From Diadema antillarum (taxonomy: Eukaryota): 64,000 nt of DNA. A program made the position numbers and the translations under genes. Positions 1 through 12,400 of the stretch are shown one piece after another (the first letter of the stretch is position 1; each line of letters begins with the position of its first letter). The stretch covers positions 310,001 to 374,000 of the forward strand of contig NW_027271922.1 of assembly GCF_040938485.1 (NCBI RefSeq), given 5' to 3'. The notes under the pieces were generated by a model that worked only from the letters and a program-made list of their open reading frames with translations, searched no databases and was not told where the DNA came from.

Positions 1-393
1 ATATTCAAATGAGAGTTGATGACGTCATGCCTTAAAAATATGTATGTTTTATAAGAAAATTGGGAAAAATATTTTTAACTAATACGATTAAAAGCACATA
101 CAGAGTTAACATTATTCCCTTTTATTTTAGATGGTTTTATGACACGTTTATATCTATACAGCTAAAATATGGGAATTTTTGTCACGTGTGTATCCTAAAT
201 GAATAAAAATTGTTAGAGCATGACATTGTCAACTTGCTGATTTGAATGTCACGAAGTGGCTTTCGAAAATTTGTGAAATTTTAGAATGTCGTAACTTCCT
301 CATTTCTTATCGGATTTTGATCATTTTTGCACTGTTCTGCACTTCTTTTTTTCTGACTAAATCTATACAATTTGGGGTTGCATTTCTTCTTTA
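1..393. mobile_element. Right part of a probable Kolobok-type MITE (left end outside window)
   Basis: Ends ...GGGGTTGCATTTCTTCT followed by TTAA, like the TTAA-flanked MITEs elsewhere in the window; left TIR not visible. Confidence 0.4.
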
Positions 394-635
394 AGGCTAA
401 GGCAAAAGGCAAGACAACCACGACTCCGATGATTTGCTACGGACGCATGCAAACGTGAATAGTATTGGCTTTTGTAGTTGTTTTACTCTTTGCAAGAGAT
501 CGAGTTTCCATGTAAAATATATCATACCCATAACTGGTAACGGCGTATTAAAGACAAGTTTAATTTCATTGGCGTCACTAAGTGTTCCCTGATCTGTTAT
601 TGATGTCTGTCAACGTTATTACTCTATCCCACCAG

Positions 636-755
636 ATCTCACACTACAAAATTCCGCGGTACATACGCTTCGTCCAGGAATACCCGATGACCGTGTCCGG
701 CAAAATTCAGAAGTTCAAGTTGAGAGAGCAGTGGAAGAACATCGCTGATGAATAA
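636..755 (+). CDS. ACSF2: Terminal coding exon of ACSF2-like medium-chain acyl-CoA synthetase, copy A (rest upstream of window)
   Basis: Acceptor cccaccag then 120 nt [39 protein letters not shown]; contains the A10 catalytic-Lys motif SGKIQK of ANL-family ligases. Confidence 0.9.
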   Translation: MSHYKIPRYIRFVQEYPMTVSGKIQKFKLREQWKNIADE

Positions 756-1244
756 CTTCGTCAAAAGAAGAAGAAAAAAGTTTCATTGTAGCAGTCATGA
801 CGACCAAAGGGAGAGTCGTGTCACGTTATGCTATGGATGCCGATGACATAATGTGTACGGGTTGTCTCTCCGTCCATCCCTCCCACATCCCGTTATTACG
901 ATTTATGAAAGAAGAAAAAAACCTCTCCACTAATCTGCATGGTACTTACGTCTGTCCAAGGCATCTGCAGGATGTTACAGATGCACTGATTAGATTTTCG
1001 ATGTGACGATCTCAGCAGTGTATATATGGCAGTCCAGTGGGAATACGTGGGATAAAGAATAGGTATTAGCCAGGTTCACACGTACACCAATTAGCGGGAT
1101 ACAAATCTCGAGATTTGCATCGCGATCGTCATCCCGAGTTTTTTGCACGTGTGGACAGAAAAAAACCCGAAAATTAGCGGGATAAGCATCGCGATGCTAA
1201 TCCCAAGAAATCTTGCGCTGGTTCGTCAATTAGCGGGATAATTG

Positions 1245-2222
1245 TAGTGGGGCAGATATGTGAAAAAGATGCTCACATCCGGCGGAAAATATGAAATTTT
1301 GCATATTGGGGTATTTTGGGGCGCTGATTTCAAAAATTGCCGGATCCAAGAAATCTGGCCGCGGGGTCGGCCGCCATTTTGAATTTCAATATGGCCGCCG
1401 TCAAAGATCCCTATCTTCAATTCTGAATGACATAAGCCATTGAAATTTGATACATAAAAGCGTTGTGATATGATGACTTCAATAACAGACTTATGTGATT
1501 CGTCTGACAAGCAGCACGGCAGTCAATTTGAATTTTCCTACGTAGTTTCCATGTTAGAGTGGTGAAAATCTCTTTCTCGGGTTTGTGAATCAGGCTACCT
1601 GATTGAGCGCGCGTTTGTAACTGATTGAGTGCGCGCAGCTGTATTTCAATTGTGACGTCAGTGAAAGGTGCGTTATGCTTCATTTTTGCTGCACTTTTTT
1701 GCATGCCCGTGAATTTAGTCGTGATGTTTGTCTTCGAAGCCATATTGGAATTCAAAATAGCGGGCATTGAATTTGTCAGACACTTCGCATTTGTCCATTT
1801 TTAAACTCAGTATATTAAAATACTTCTTTGCACCTAATTTCAGCGTCACTCACCACTTAGAACTCGAGATAGGGATTTGGAACATTTCGTCGAGGCGGCC
1901 ATATTGGAATTCAAAATGACGGCGATTCGATGTTTGTCAGACACCTCAAATGAATCTGTCATCACATTCAATATGTCAAAACGCTCTTGTGTACCAAATT
2001 TTAGTGCCACAGGTCATTCAAAACTCAAGATAGGGATCTTTAAATTTATTTTGTGATGGCGGCCATATTGGAATTCAAAATGGCGGCCGACCCCGTGGCC
2101 AGATCTCTTGGATCCGGCAATTTTTGAAATCAGCGCCCCAAAATACCTCTATATACAAAATTTCATACTTTCCGCCGGATGTGAGCATCTCGACCAATTT
2201 TTGCTACATATCTGCCCTACCA
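1245..2222. mobile_element. Foldback MITE B with about 200-bp imperfect TIRs and internal ~160-bp repeats
   Basis: 1245-1430 is the inverted counterpart of 2010-2222 (GGGGCAGATATGT.../...ACATATCTGCCC); GCCATATTGGAATTCAAAAT recurs at 1739, 1898 and 2062. Confidence 0.75.
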
Positions 2223-2263
2223 GTGCAGATATGTAGCAAAAATTGGTCGAGATGCTCACATTA

Positions 2264-2849
2264 GCCGGGTTCACACGTACAAATTAGCGGGATGACGATC
2301 GCGATGCTCATCCCGAGTTTTTTGGCGAGCGTCCACACGTACCAAATTAGCGGGATGGCGATCGCGATCGGTATCCCGCTAATTTGGCGAGCGTCCACAC
2401 GTACCGAATTATCCCGCTAATTGCCGATAGAGACAACAACAAAGCCTGCAAACTGGGTCACACAGCGCCCTTCTCTATCACTGCTTGCGCGCACTTACCT
2501 TTGTCTATTGTCTTTTACGCGTCAGTGGTGTGGTTCGCGCGCTGTTGTTGTTGTGCTCCAAAGAGGTGAAGGACCTCTTCGCAGAGGCCTCGCCGTTGTG
2601 ATGTGCGCATTGCATGATGGGATGTAAAAACTCGAGATTGTAATCCCGACCGTTCACACGTACCAGCGCGCGGCCAATTATCCCGCTAATTGACGAACCA
2701 GCGCAAGATTTCTTGGGATTAGCATCGCGATGCTTATCCCGCTAATTTTCGGGTTTTTTCTGTCCACACGTGCAAAAAACTCGGGATGACGATCGCGATG
2801 CAAATCTCGAGATTTGTATCCCGCTAATTGGTGTACGTGTGAACCCGGC
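2264..2849. mobile_element. TA-flanked MITE family A, intact inner copy
   Basis: 17-bp TIR GCCGGGTTCACACGTAC, TA on both sides, many internal TTAGCGGGAT/ATCCCGCTAA repeats; roughly 95% identical by eye to the outer copy. Confidence 0.85.
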
Positions 2850-3299
2850 TATTGGCCCCGCGCTGGTACGTGTGAACGGTCGGGATTAGAATCTCGAGTT
2901 TTTACATCCCATCATGCAATGCGCACATCACAACAGCGAGGCCTCTGCGAAGAGGTCTTTCACCTCTTTGGAGCACAACAACAGCGCGCGAACCACACCA
3001 CTGACGCGTAAAAGACAATGGACAAAGGTAAGTGCGCGCAGGCAGTGATAGAGAAGGGCGCTGTGTGACCCAGTTTGCAGGCTTTGCTGTTATCTCTATC
3101 GGCAATTAGCGGGATATTTCGGTACGTGTGGACGCTCGCCAAATTAGCGGGATACCGATCGCGATCGCTATCCCGATAATTTGGTACGTGTGGACGCTCG
3201 CAAAAAAAACTCGGGATGTGCATCGCGATCGTCATCCCGCTATTTTGTACGTGTGAACCCGGCTATTGAAAGGCAAGCTCAGAACTCAGATTGACTGTC

Positions 3300-4250
3300 A
3301 TCTTACTTGTAGTGAAACCTCACATTCAATTGGTAAATAAATGTGTTCGAAGGAAAGTATAGGTGTATTGTATAAAAGTATGTTCCGCAGCGCATTCTTG
3401 TGCTTTTGTATAAATCTTTTATACAACCACACATATTATATGGTATTGAGGTATGGGGCAGTACATGTACTTATAAATCTCACCTAAATTGTATACATAT
3501 TTCTCAAAAAATGGCTCTGAGAGCTATAACATTTTCGACTTTACGAACGCATTCAGAGCCATTGTTCCAACGATTCAAACTTCTAGATGTTGTTAGGTTA
3601 CATAAGTTTTCAGTTTTAACATTTATGTACGATCTCTGCAATGGAACTTTTCCGCACCCACTGTATGAATATTGCCAAATTGTGCATCATACTTACAGGA
3701 CAAGAACAAATGAAAAAAGAATGTTGTACTTACCAAAATCTAGACCACACAGGGACAATTTTCGATTTCTTACTTAGGACCAAAACTTTGGAACACATTG
3801 CCACGAGAAATGCGTGAACAAAGCAAAAGATCTACATTTCGTAAATGCCTTGTAGATTTCCTACTCTGATAGATATTATACTGTAACAAGTATGATTAGT
3901 TTTCTGTGTTAGAAAATGAATGATGTACATTGTATACATATTAACAGCCATTTCAACTAACCATGAAATAATTTTTTCTTTTGTGTTTAGCTTTTTAGTA
4001 TGAAGATCAAGGTGACCAATCTCGACTAGCACTTGTGCTTACTTTTGGTTCCCTTGTTAACAACAACTTTGTAGAATTATGCTACACGTATCATATTTAA
4101 ATATAAATCTCAAATGTCATCCTTTAATTATGTATTGTAAAGGAGTAATAGATAAGTATTTTTTTCACATATGTATGTAATTATACAATAATGTTATGAT
4201 TGAAAATGTACATGCTCAATTGTTGTTGCTAATAAAACTTCAAACTTCAA
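3300..4250 (+). mobile_element. Decayed 3' end of an L2/CR1-group LINE
   Basis: ORF 3400-3777 LLYKSFIQPHILYGIEVWG...QKMALRAITFS...LYLPK resembles the post-RT C-terminus of L2/CR1 ORF2; AT-rich 3' UTR ends in AATAAAACTTCAAACTTCAA. Confidence 0.75.
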
Positions 4251-4493
4251 GCATTTCCACGATGAAAGGTCATTTGCAAGTCCTTTTCAGTCAGTACTTC
4301 AGCTAGAAATATGAAGTTGTGATCTAAGTTGGAGAGAGTATGAATTCATGAAATGACAATAATAAGTTCGAGCATGATGGTGATGCCAGATCAGAGGTCA
4401 CTGCACTGTGGTTAAAAAGTCTTGCTGGAGCAATAACTTCAACGAAATAGGGACTTCCATAGGGAGTGTTGTCTCGTATAAGAAGAATAGTAT

Positions 4494-5370
4494 ACAAATA
4501 TCGACTGCTGCAGAGGGAGATGGTAAAACTATTTGCACCGAGGTGATTTCTCAACATTGCTATGTCCCGAGACGAAGTCGAGGGACATGGCACTGTTGAG
4601 AAATCACCGAGGTCAAATAGTTTTACCATGGCCCGAAAGAAAGCAGTCGATATTTGTTTTATATCCCTCTCGAGCATTTTACTAGAGTAATGACGGTTCC
4701 CTTTTGGAAAAATGTGCATGGTTTCTGTAACGTTAGGCCGTAGCAGTGCAGCAGCGGCGCTACGTTGTTGATTCCTACACACGAGCTACACTACACTATA
4801 TACAGCGTGCAAAACTCCGAAAGATCGAGGAGGTCCAGGACTACGTTAGAAGTAGGTCCAAAGCGGCTTGGTTACCCAGATCATCTTCAAAATCGCTTTT
4901 AGTTTATTCCTAATTCGTACCTGATCTGATATGGTGTCCTTCTGCTGCAATCATTCCTCCGTTACTTGAAGCGCAGTCACTTTCTCTTTGTCAATTAATT
5001 GAGCTGAATTTAACTGCATTGATCACACACACACGCGCCATCGCACCACAGATTTCTGTAATGCCGTCGCGCAAAGCGCTGCTCAGCGCTCTAGCTATTA
5101 CTACAATACAAGCCGGCCACGCACAGGACTGTCGCTCAAAAGTATCGCTACTACGCGCACTGCGTACATTCTTAAGTGAGAAATGTCGATATCGATCACA
5201 CGGTCACGATTGAGTGCAGATCGTGGATTCCCAAAAGTACTATATCCCGCTGGCTAGTAACCAATTGCACCGCATCCAGCTGCTCGTAGCTAGCTAGTAA
5301 AACTACACCATGTTCGTGCTCTGTACAATCCTATGGCAAGAAGCTTTACGTGAGGGATATAACAATGAAT
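4494..5370. mobile_element. Unclassified palindromic element: 165-bp GAA-capped hairpin plus IR-bounded arm
   Basis: Nested stems 4494-4657 closing on GAC-GAA-GTC; second IR TTGTTTTATATCCCTC (4654-4669) versus GAGGGATATAACAA (5352-5365). Confidence 0.55.
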
Positions 5371-8254
5371 ATTAGAACAATTCGTCGCCCGCCATAACGG
5401 GAATGAAAGGTCAACGTTCAAAGCTTGCCAAACACATAGCTTTAATGTTTATATACATTTATTTAAGTGGAGCTTTTTTGCAAAATAAATGTACACAAGT
5501 CCGATTGCTATCAAATAATGATGTAATTTGGCGCTATGGGTATAAATGTATTGAAGGATATTTTCTTTCTGGAGAGGGGGTAAATTATTGTCAGTCCTTA
5601 GATCGGTTGACTTCGTCAAATTTCAATGAAGGGCAACGTTATTACGGCAGATGCAGATTGCGTGAGACGCGGAAAAGTTCCAGTCACCATGTATTTTTAC
5701 ATATGTAAATTATGTATCGACATGACAATTTCATGTCTGTCATCATACAGTTCTACAATATATCAAAAACTAGACTGTTAGAACTATTTATATAGTAACA
5801 GTTTTATGTATGAGATAATAGCTTTATTGTTAGTCTATGTTCTGCTTCTTTTTTTTTTCGCAGGTGATATTCTCTCAGGTAATCCTTGCGACCATTTTCC
5901 ATGGTGTCAAATTATCTCAGCGAGGTGTACTATATTGCAGATATGCTCATGAACGGGTTTCAGATATTAAATGAAATTAAACTCGGTTATGCGGGTGCAA
6001 TGGTATCATTTTACACATTTATATCTCTACTGTATGTAAATGCAGACAAATACAAGTTACCGTAAAGTGTGAGTACATGTACTATCTATATACATTCGCA
6101 ATTTTCATATGTCTCCGGTTGTTTGAAGTTAGTTTTTCAACAGCACATAAGTGCTGTTGTGTAATAACTTTTGATAGGCTTTGTTTTTGACCGTTGTTTT
6201 CTCGGTGATCTTGTAAATATTTCTCACTATATCGTATTATGTCTTCCCTTTTACATTAAGTTTCAATCATCCTTAAATAATCATGTGGTTAAAACTGATG
6301 TTCTGGTTGAAAGGAGGAAATATTTTTTTTTCGACATGCCGCGTGGAAGCTGTAAAGATTTCCATCTCATTCCCTTATACTCTATCACACTATTCTGATT
6401 TGCAGAATGCTGTAAGCTTCCATGTCTGGGGTATATAATAGTATAGTTATAATCGCGTTCTGGTCATGTAGGACATGATGGTCGCTGGCACTTTGAATGC
6501 TGTAACGCTTTCACAAGAATATTCAACTTTGGTTATCTGTTTGTTTTGTTCATCAGCTCAATAATAAACTCTATGATCAAGATGTGATACCGATTCATGA
6601 CGAAGAAGAACTCCAGTCACAATGATTATTTCGGTTAATATTTATTCTAAACGTTATACAAATCCAAATATAACAGCATGACAGTGTTTTACTATGCATA
6701 AATCTGGCTAAAACTTTTTCTGTGATAGGATATTGGAGTGAAGGAAGACGCTATACTGTATATTACATGATGATCGGTCAGGGAGTATCTACATTGTCAT
6801 GATTTCTCTTTTTCTACCTCTGTATAACCATTACATTGAAAAATGTCATAGGCACACACAAACATATCATGAATGCAATGGTGACAATGTGAATTATGAA
6901 ATAAAGTTACTTACACTTGAATAATGTGCGTATTGTCTAATGTTTTTCGAAATTTTGTTTGTGCCAAATACGTGTAATTCAGCCATACGAGTATATGCAT
7001 TAAAACCCAGAAAAAGACTCATATTGATTTCAAATGATACCATAATTCTTGAGCAAAATGAATTACAAGTAAAAAATATCAAAAATTAGCAGACTCACTG
7101 TTACTATACTGCATGAGAAAATAAGTACATTACGAGCTAAAGAAAAATCCGTACTTTGATTTCCCGATGGATGTCGCGTTACAATAATCCGTAAAATTCA
7201 GAAGGATGCATACAATCACATTCCATCCAACTCAACTAAGAATAAAGCTTGAATAACACTTCTGTGACATTTTGAGAAATAATTCCACTGGATATCAGGT
7301 TGCAGAAAAATAAAAGGCATTAACCTTGTTTAGAATACAGCTTGTTTTGCAGCATCCTGTGACTCTACAATACTCGAAAAAATAAATGCTTCCCAATTGG
7401 ACCCCACGTATCACGTGACATTCTCCAGAAGTTATCTCTACATGTTCTCGATGCTTAGCGTGCACATTTTGTTTTGTCGAGCCAGTTTGGACGGCTCACG
7501 GTGATCATGATGTCATCCATTCACATTAAAGTATTCCCCTGATTTAATCAAACTTAGATTTGGACCATCGCACTCCTCTGACGGCACAATATAATTGTTT
7601 TGCACCTCCCACTCAATCAGCTACAACAAAATTTTACTTTCAATCGATCGCTCCTCAGTCCATATTACAGTTCCACTCACCATTTGCTCATCTTTCCTGA
7701 AATATTACTATTACTGTACTAGATATCCGGGTACTCGATTCGTCTATACTCGTTATCTTCCAATGTGTTGTATAAAACAAATAGTGAATGGTTATTATTT
7801 TGTGATTTCGCATTGGGCATCGAGCGCAATTTCTTTCCATCGCACTCGTGACCATTCATGATTTGTAAACTATGTTACCGGGAGACACATGGAAATGCTA
7901 AGTGGGAGAAAGAAAAGGCGAAGGGGGAGGTAGGCCTCATATTACAGGAGGTTCAAAAATGGTTCGCGAAAGTGCATAGAAGGCATTTCATGCAAGGAAA
8001 GGTAGCTGATTTTTTTTCCGTAATTCATTTATCACTGGTGGAGTCTATGAACTGTTTAACACTTCAACACTTCTTGAAAAGGCTTGTTCTTCCGTTTGTC
8101 TCAGAAAGCCTATCATATGCAGAAGTTTGTCAGAACATTAGTCATGAATGGACCACCATTTTCGTTACACAGCTTGTAGAAAAAAAAAGTGGCTGCGAGT
8201 ACCGACTTTGTGGAGCGCAGAAAGATCGAAAATATTGGACAGGTCTATCCCGAT

Positions 8255-8374
8255 TCAATCCAGCGCGATGTCCTTTAGTTCTTCTTGCAGTTGATTTTTT
8301 TGTACTTTTCCTGAAGCTGTCATCGGATATGCCTCCACGAATCTGACGTAGGTCGGTATCTTGTAGTACGAAAT
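8255..8374 (-). CDS. ACSF2: ACSF2-like copy B exon 13 (terminal)
   Basis: [39 protein letters not shown]; 120 nt, same length as the copy A terminal exon. Confidence 0.92.
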   Translation of the reverse strand: MSYYKIPTYVRFVEAYPMTASGKVQKNQLQEELKDIALD

Positions 8375-9432
8375 CTGACAAGACAGTAAACGTGAAATGC
8401 ATCAATCGGCACTGTAAAGGTGAAAGTTTGTTCCACAGACGCATGATGCAATATTGCAAGTATTCATAGTTGACTTGTTCAATAAAGTCATAAGCATATA
8501 GTAGTTTCCTCTTCGTTTCCACTGAAGCATCACTGCCTAATGATTGTGAAATTCATCTTCCCTGTTGCCCACTGTCAATCTCCTCTCTCTCTTCCCACCT
8601 TTTCATATCTAGTAGTTCTCTTTTCTTTCTTTTTTCCACAGTCTCTATTCCTTCCTCTCTCTTCATTTGGGAAGAAGGCTACATGTGACTAAAAGCAATC
8701 GATCATATGTAAACATGAAAGACAAAATACAAACCCACAGATATGGGGTTTCAATGGTGAAAGAGAGAAAAAGAAAGAGAGGGAGAGAGAGGAGGAGAGA
8801 GAAGTCTTCGTTGGAAAAGAAGGCAAGGGCAGGGGTCAAAGGGTCGACTTGTTATCAAACTAACAGTCAACAACTACAACAACAACAAAAAACTTATCGC
8901 TGATAGACTTCTGATAGCAATCATCGTAATACATGTATCAGTGTTTAATGCATTATGATATGAAACATCCCTATCCCCTTCAGAAAGAATATGTACACCG
9001 CACATGGCCGCGACATCCGGCTATAACAAGGTCATGTTTTAAGACAAGGTCGTACCTTTCCTTTGCAAAACGTCTTGACCTCTTCCTCTGTAGTTTCCAT
9101 TCCAGCCCTCAGTATTAAAACTGCACACACAGCTTCTCCGTAATTCTTGTGCGGAACACCAATTACCTTTGATGGATATCAAAGCAGTATATTATGGTAA
9201 ACTAAACCACTTAGACTAAGAAAAGACTAAAAAAATTGAGTTTCATGTCGCTGTAACAATCATGGATTGTGCATGATGTGAAAGTGTGATGGCGCAATAT
9301 CATTCAGAGAATCCTTCAGGATTTTAGAACTGAAATCTTCAGTTCTAAATCCCAGAAGGTAGAAACTTAGTGATCAAGCAGTGTCAGCAAAAACAAAGAG
9401 GATATATACTTAGACTCTGAATGCATTGGCAT

Positions 9433-9463
<31 letters not shown>

Positions 9464-12400
9464 TTGCGTGTGTGTGTGTGTTTAAGTTTTCACGGGATAA
9501 AGGAAATGTAAAAACAGTACAATGTGTGTACACTGGTTAAATATACATGGAACATCTCACCTGCGCTGCAGCGACTTTTGGATGCCTTACAAGCACATCT
9601 TCGACCTCTGACGGAAAGACTTTCACACCGCCCCGGTTGATCATTTCCTTGCTACGACCTACAATTTGACAGTAGCCATCTTTGTCCAGTGTACCGATGT
9701 CCCTGGTGGTAAAGATAAACCTCTTTTACTCTATATTTCCTGGTCACTCCCCGAGGTAAACATTGATTATTTTCAAAAATTTGTTCAAAAATACAATCCT
9801 TATATGTCTATAAATTATGAAGGAGTTTTTTTTATGGCGTGTGTTTCCGTTTATTATTCATAATATACGGTATCATCACACTCAGTCTATATGGCGGTTC
9901 GGGGGGGGGGGGGCACCGCGGGAGTGCCCCCTTTAATTTGTTTCTTTAAGAAAGAAAAAATCCATTACCGAATTCCTGGATCCGCCCCTGTACTTTTGAA
10001 TGACAACATTTACAGGTTCATTTACGTACAAAAGCTGGATGCCACATACCCATTTACTGACAAGTATTCTGCAGAAACTTCATTGGACAGTCTATGTTAA
10101 ACTGTTCAAAAATACAATCGTCGAGTTTTATATGAGCTCATTATCGTCTCAAGAGCATTCATATCTAGACGCAATAATTATACATTAAAACTCCTTTAAC
10201 AAAAAGACCATCTTGTTAACTGTTTTTCCTCGAAAAGAAGATTCTACTAGTAACTTTATGACACACATGGTACCTTTTCGAAGCTACAATTTGTCTTTGA
10301 AGGGTACACGTGATAGCCCTTTTAGAGCTTTATCATCTGACAATTCATTCTACATTTCTCAAAAATATTGGAGGTAATACACAACACCCAATGCGTGACC
10401 GACCGTCGGCGAGTCACAGTAATACAGTTTTCTTATAAGTGACCGATTGACATCTTGTACTTACCCTGTTAAATACCAATTGTTGGGGTCAATAACCTCT
10501 CTAGTTTTCTCCTTCTGTCCCCAGTATCCCTTCATCACGTTGTAGCCCCTGATGCATATTTCTCCCTTGGAACCCAGTGGGACGATCTCTCTGGTATCAA
10601 GGTCTACAATCTTCACCTATGTGTAACATGAAAATGAATATCAAAGGGATCGTATAGTTATGGTTGAGACCTAACTTCAGGTTTCTAACATTTGTTGTTG
10701 TTGTTGCTGCTGCTGTTGTTGTTGTTGAGATAAAGAGAAATCTCTCATGAAATGTGAAAGAGCATGTAATTCCAAGAGGAATCCAATGTTTATTTGATGA
10801 AAATTGGTGTTAAATGGCTGATATAATTAAATGCAAAACAGAGCAATCCTATCAAAAGGTGGAACCCACCTTTTATTACGATGGCTTTGTTTAACTTTGT
10901 TTTTGGATGTCTCAGCCATTCCAAAACCGATTTTCATCAAATAAACTTTGAATTCCTCTTTGATTGGCAGGCTCTGTATCATTTCATATTTGGTTTCTGG
11001 GCATCTCTCAAAAATTTTAAAGCCCATCAAACCTTATCTCCACCAATACTATACCATTCCTAACTGTTGGATGTGTGATGTCTTGCTCCTCACTGGCATC
11101 ATCATCCGTAAACCAGTTTCATTATATTTCATTTCATTTCATTTTATTTCGTTTCCGACAATAATATAGAATGAAATATGACATTTGCATACTCAAAAAT
11201 TGAATACAACGTGTCTTTTGCATATTCAAGCGAGATTAATGCAGCTAGTATTTTTTAATACAATAGAACACAACATCAATCTATATAAGGAAATACATAG
11301 GCACTGTAATTGAATCGTATCAAGGAAAAGATTTCGGAAATGGAGGGAACTGCTAAAAAGCCTAACGTGTAGGATGCAATCCCATTGTTAGCATTAAATA
11401 TAGTAGTAATACTCAAAAGAAACGATAAAACAAATTACCCGAGAAACAGAGAGAACATTAAAATACATTATCTATTAATACATTACCCATATTCTTATAT
11501 CATAAATGATTTCAATCCTACAAGGAAAATCAAGTATGAATTTCACGTATTCAAAAACTGAAGTGCACACCTCTACGTGTGGTAACACTTTTCCAACGGT
11601 GTAGATACGTTTCTCTTCCGGGTCATCGGGTCGACTTATGGAGACGCCACATGTCTCGGTTATGCCATACGCGGTCTGGAATAAGGGAAAGAAAACAAAA
11701 CCCATCTGATCAACTGGACAGTTACAAGGGGTATCAATGATATCGAATCACATACTCATTGCCTGCTGTTAGATGAAGCAAAAATAATCGTAGTAAATAA
11801 AGTAAATCCGGACTGATGTAACTTATAATGAAAGGTCACGTGCGCATCTGAAATGCCGAAGTTGCCATTATGATAGTCATGATGATGCACAGCATAGCGC
11901 CATTTGTCTATAAATCATTCAAAGGTGCCCGGCTCCCACAATTATGTCATAAACATATCTATCATTCACAAAGCTGCTGGTATGCATACATACATACATA
12001 CATACATAATGGTTTAGATTTGGAGTACATGTATCAAGGTTGTTACAGTATCGAAGTTGAATTGGCAGAGAGTTCCACAGATGTAAAGCAACAGACGAGA
12101 AGGCTCTATCCCTGTAAATTTTTAGGTGGGTAGGCACCTATCATTGGCTATTGGGCACTAGAAGAGTTTTTGCTCAGTTACTCACCACGATTTCTTCGGG
12201 TCTAAAGATGCCTTTGGCCTGAAGAATAAGTTCGGGAGGAGTTGGGGAGGCGCCAATCATCATAGTCCTGATACCCGATACATCGTGTCGGGCGATCGCT
12301 TCGTGACTGAAGAGTGCTACGTACATCGCTGGAGTGCCATAGATTAGAGTGCACCTATTTGGTTGGGAGGACAATACGTGTAGATATAATGCAGGGTATA

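Larger units (their letters stand above)
1069..3263. mobile_element. TA-flanked MITE family A, outer copy split into 1069-~1244 and ~2852-3263
   Basis: Termini TA-GCC(A/G)GGTTCACACGTAC ... GTACGTGTGAACCCGGC-TA; joining the two halves gives the reverse complement of the intact copy at 2264-2849. Confidence 0.8.

Noticed and set aside
7858-8522. ORFs of 162 aa (+) and 126 aa (-) in the ORF track
   Set aside because: They overlap the real ACSF2-B terminal exon in the antisense or a wrong frame; no independent motif.
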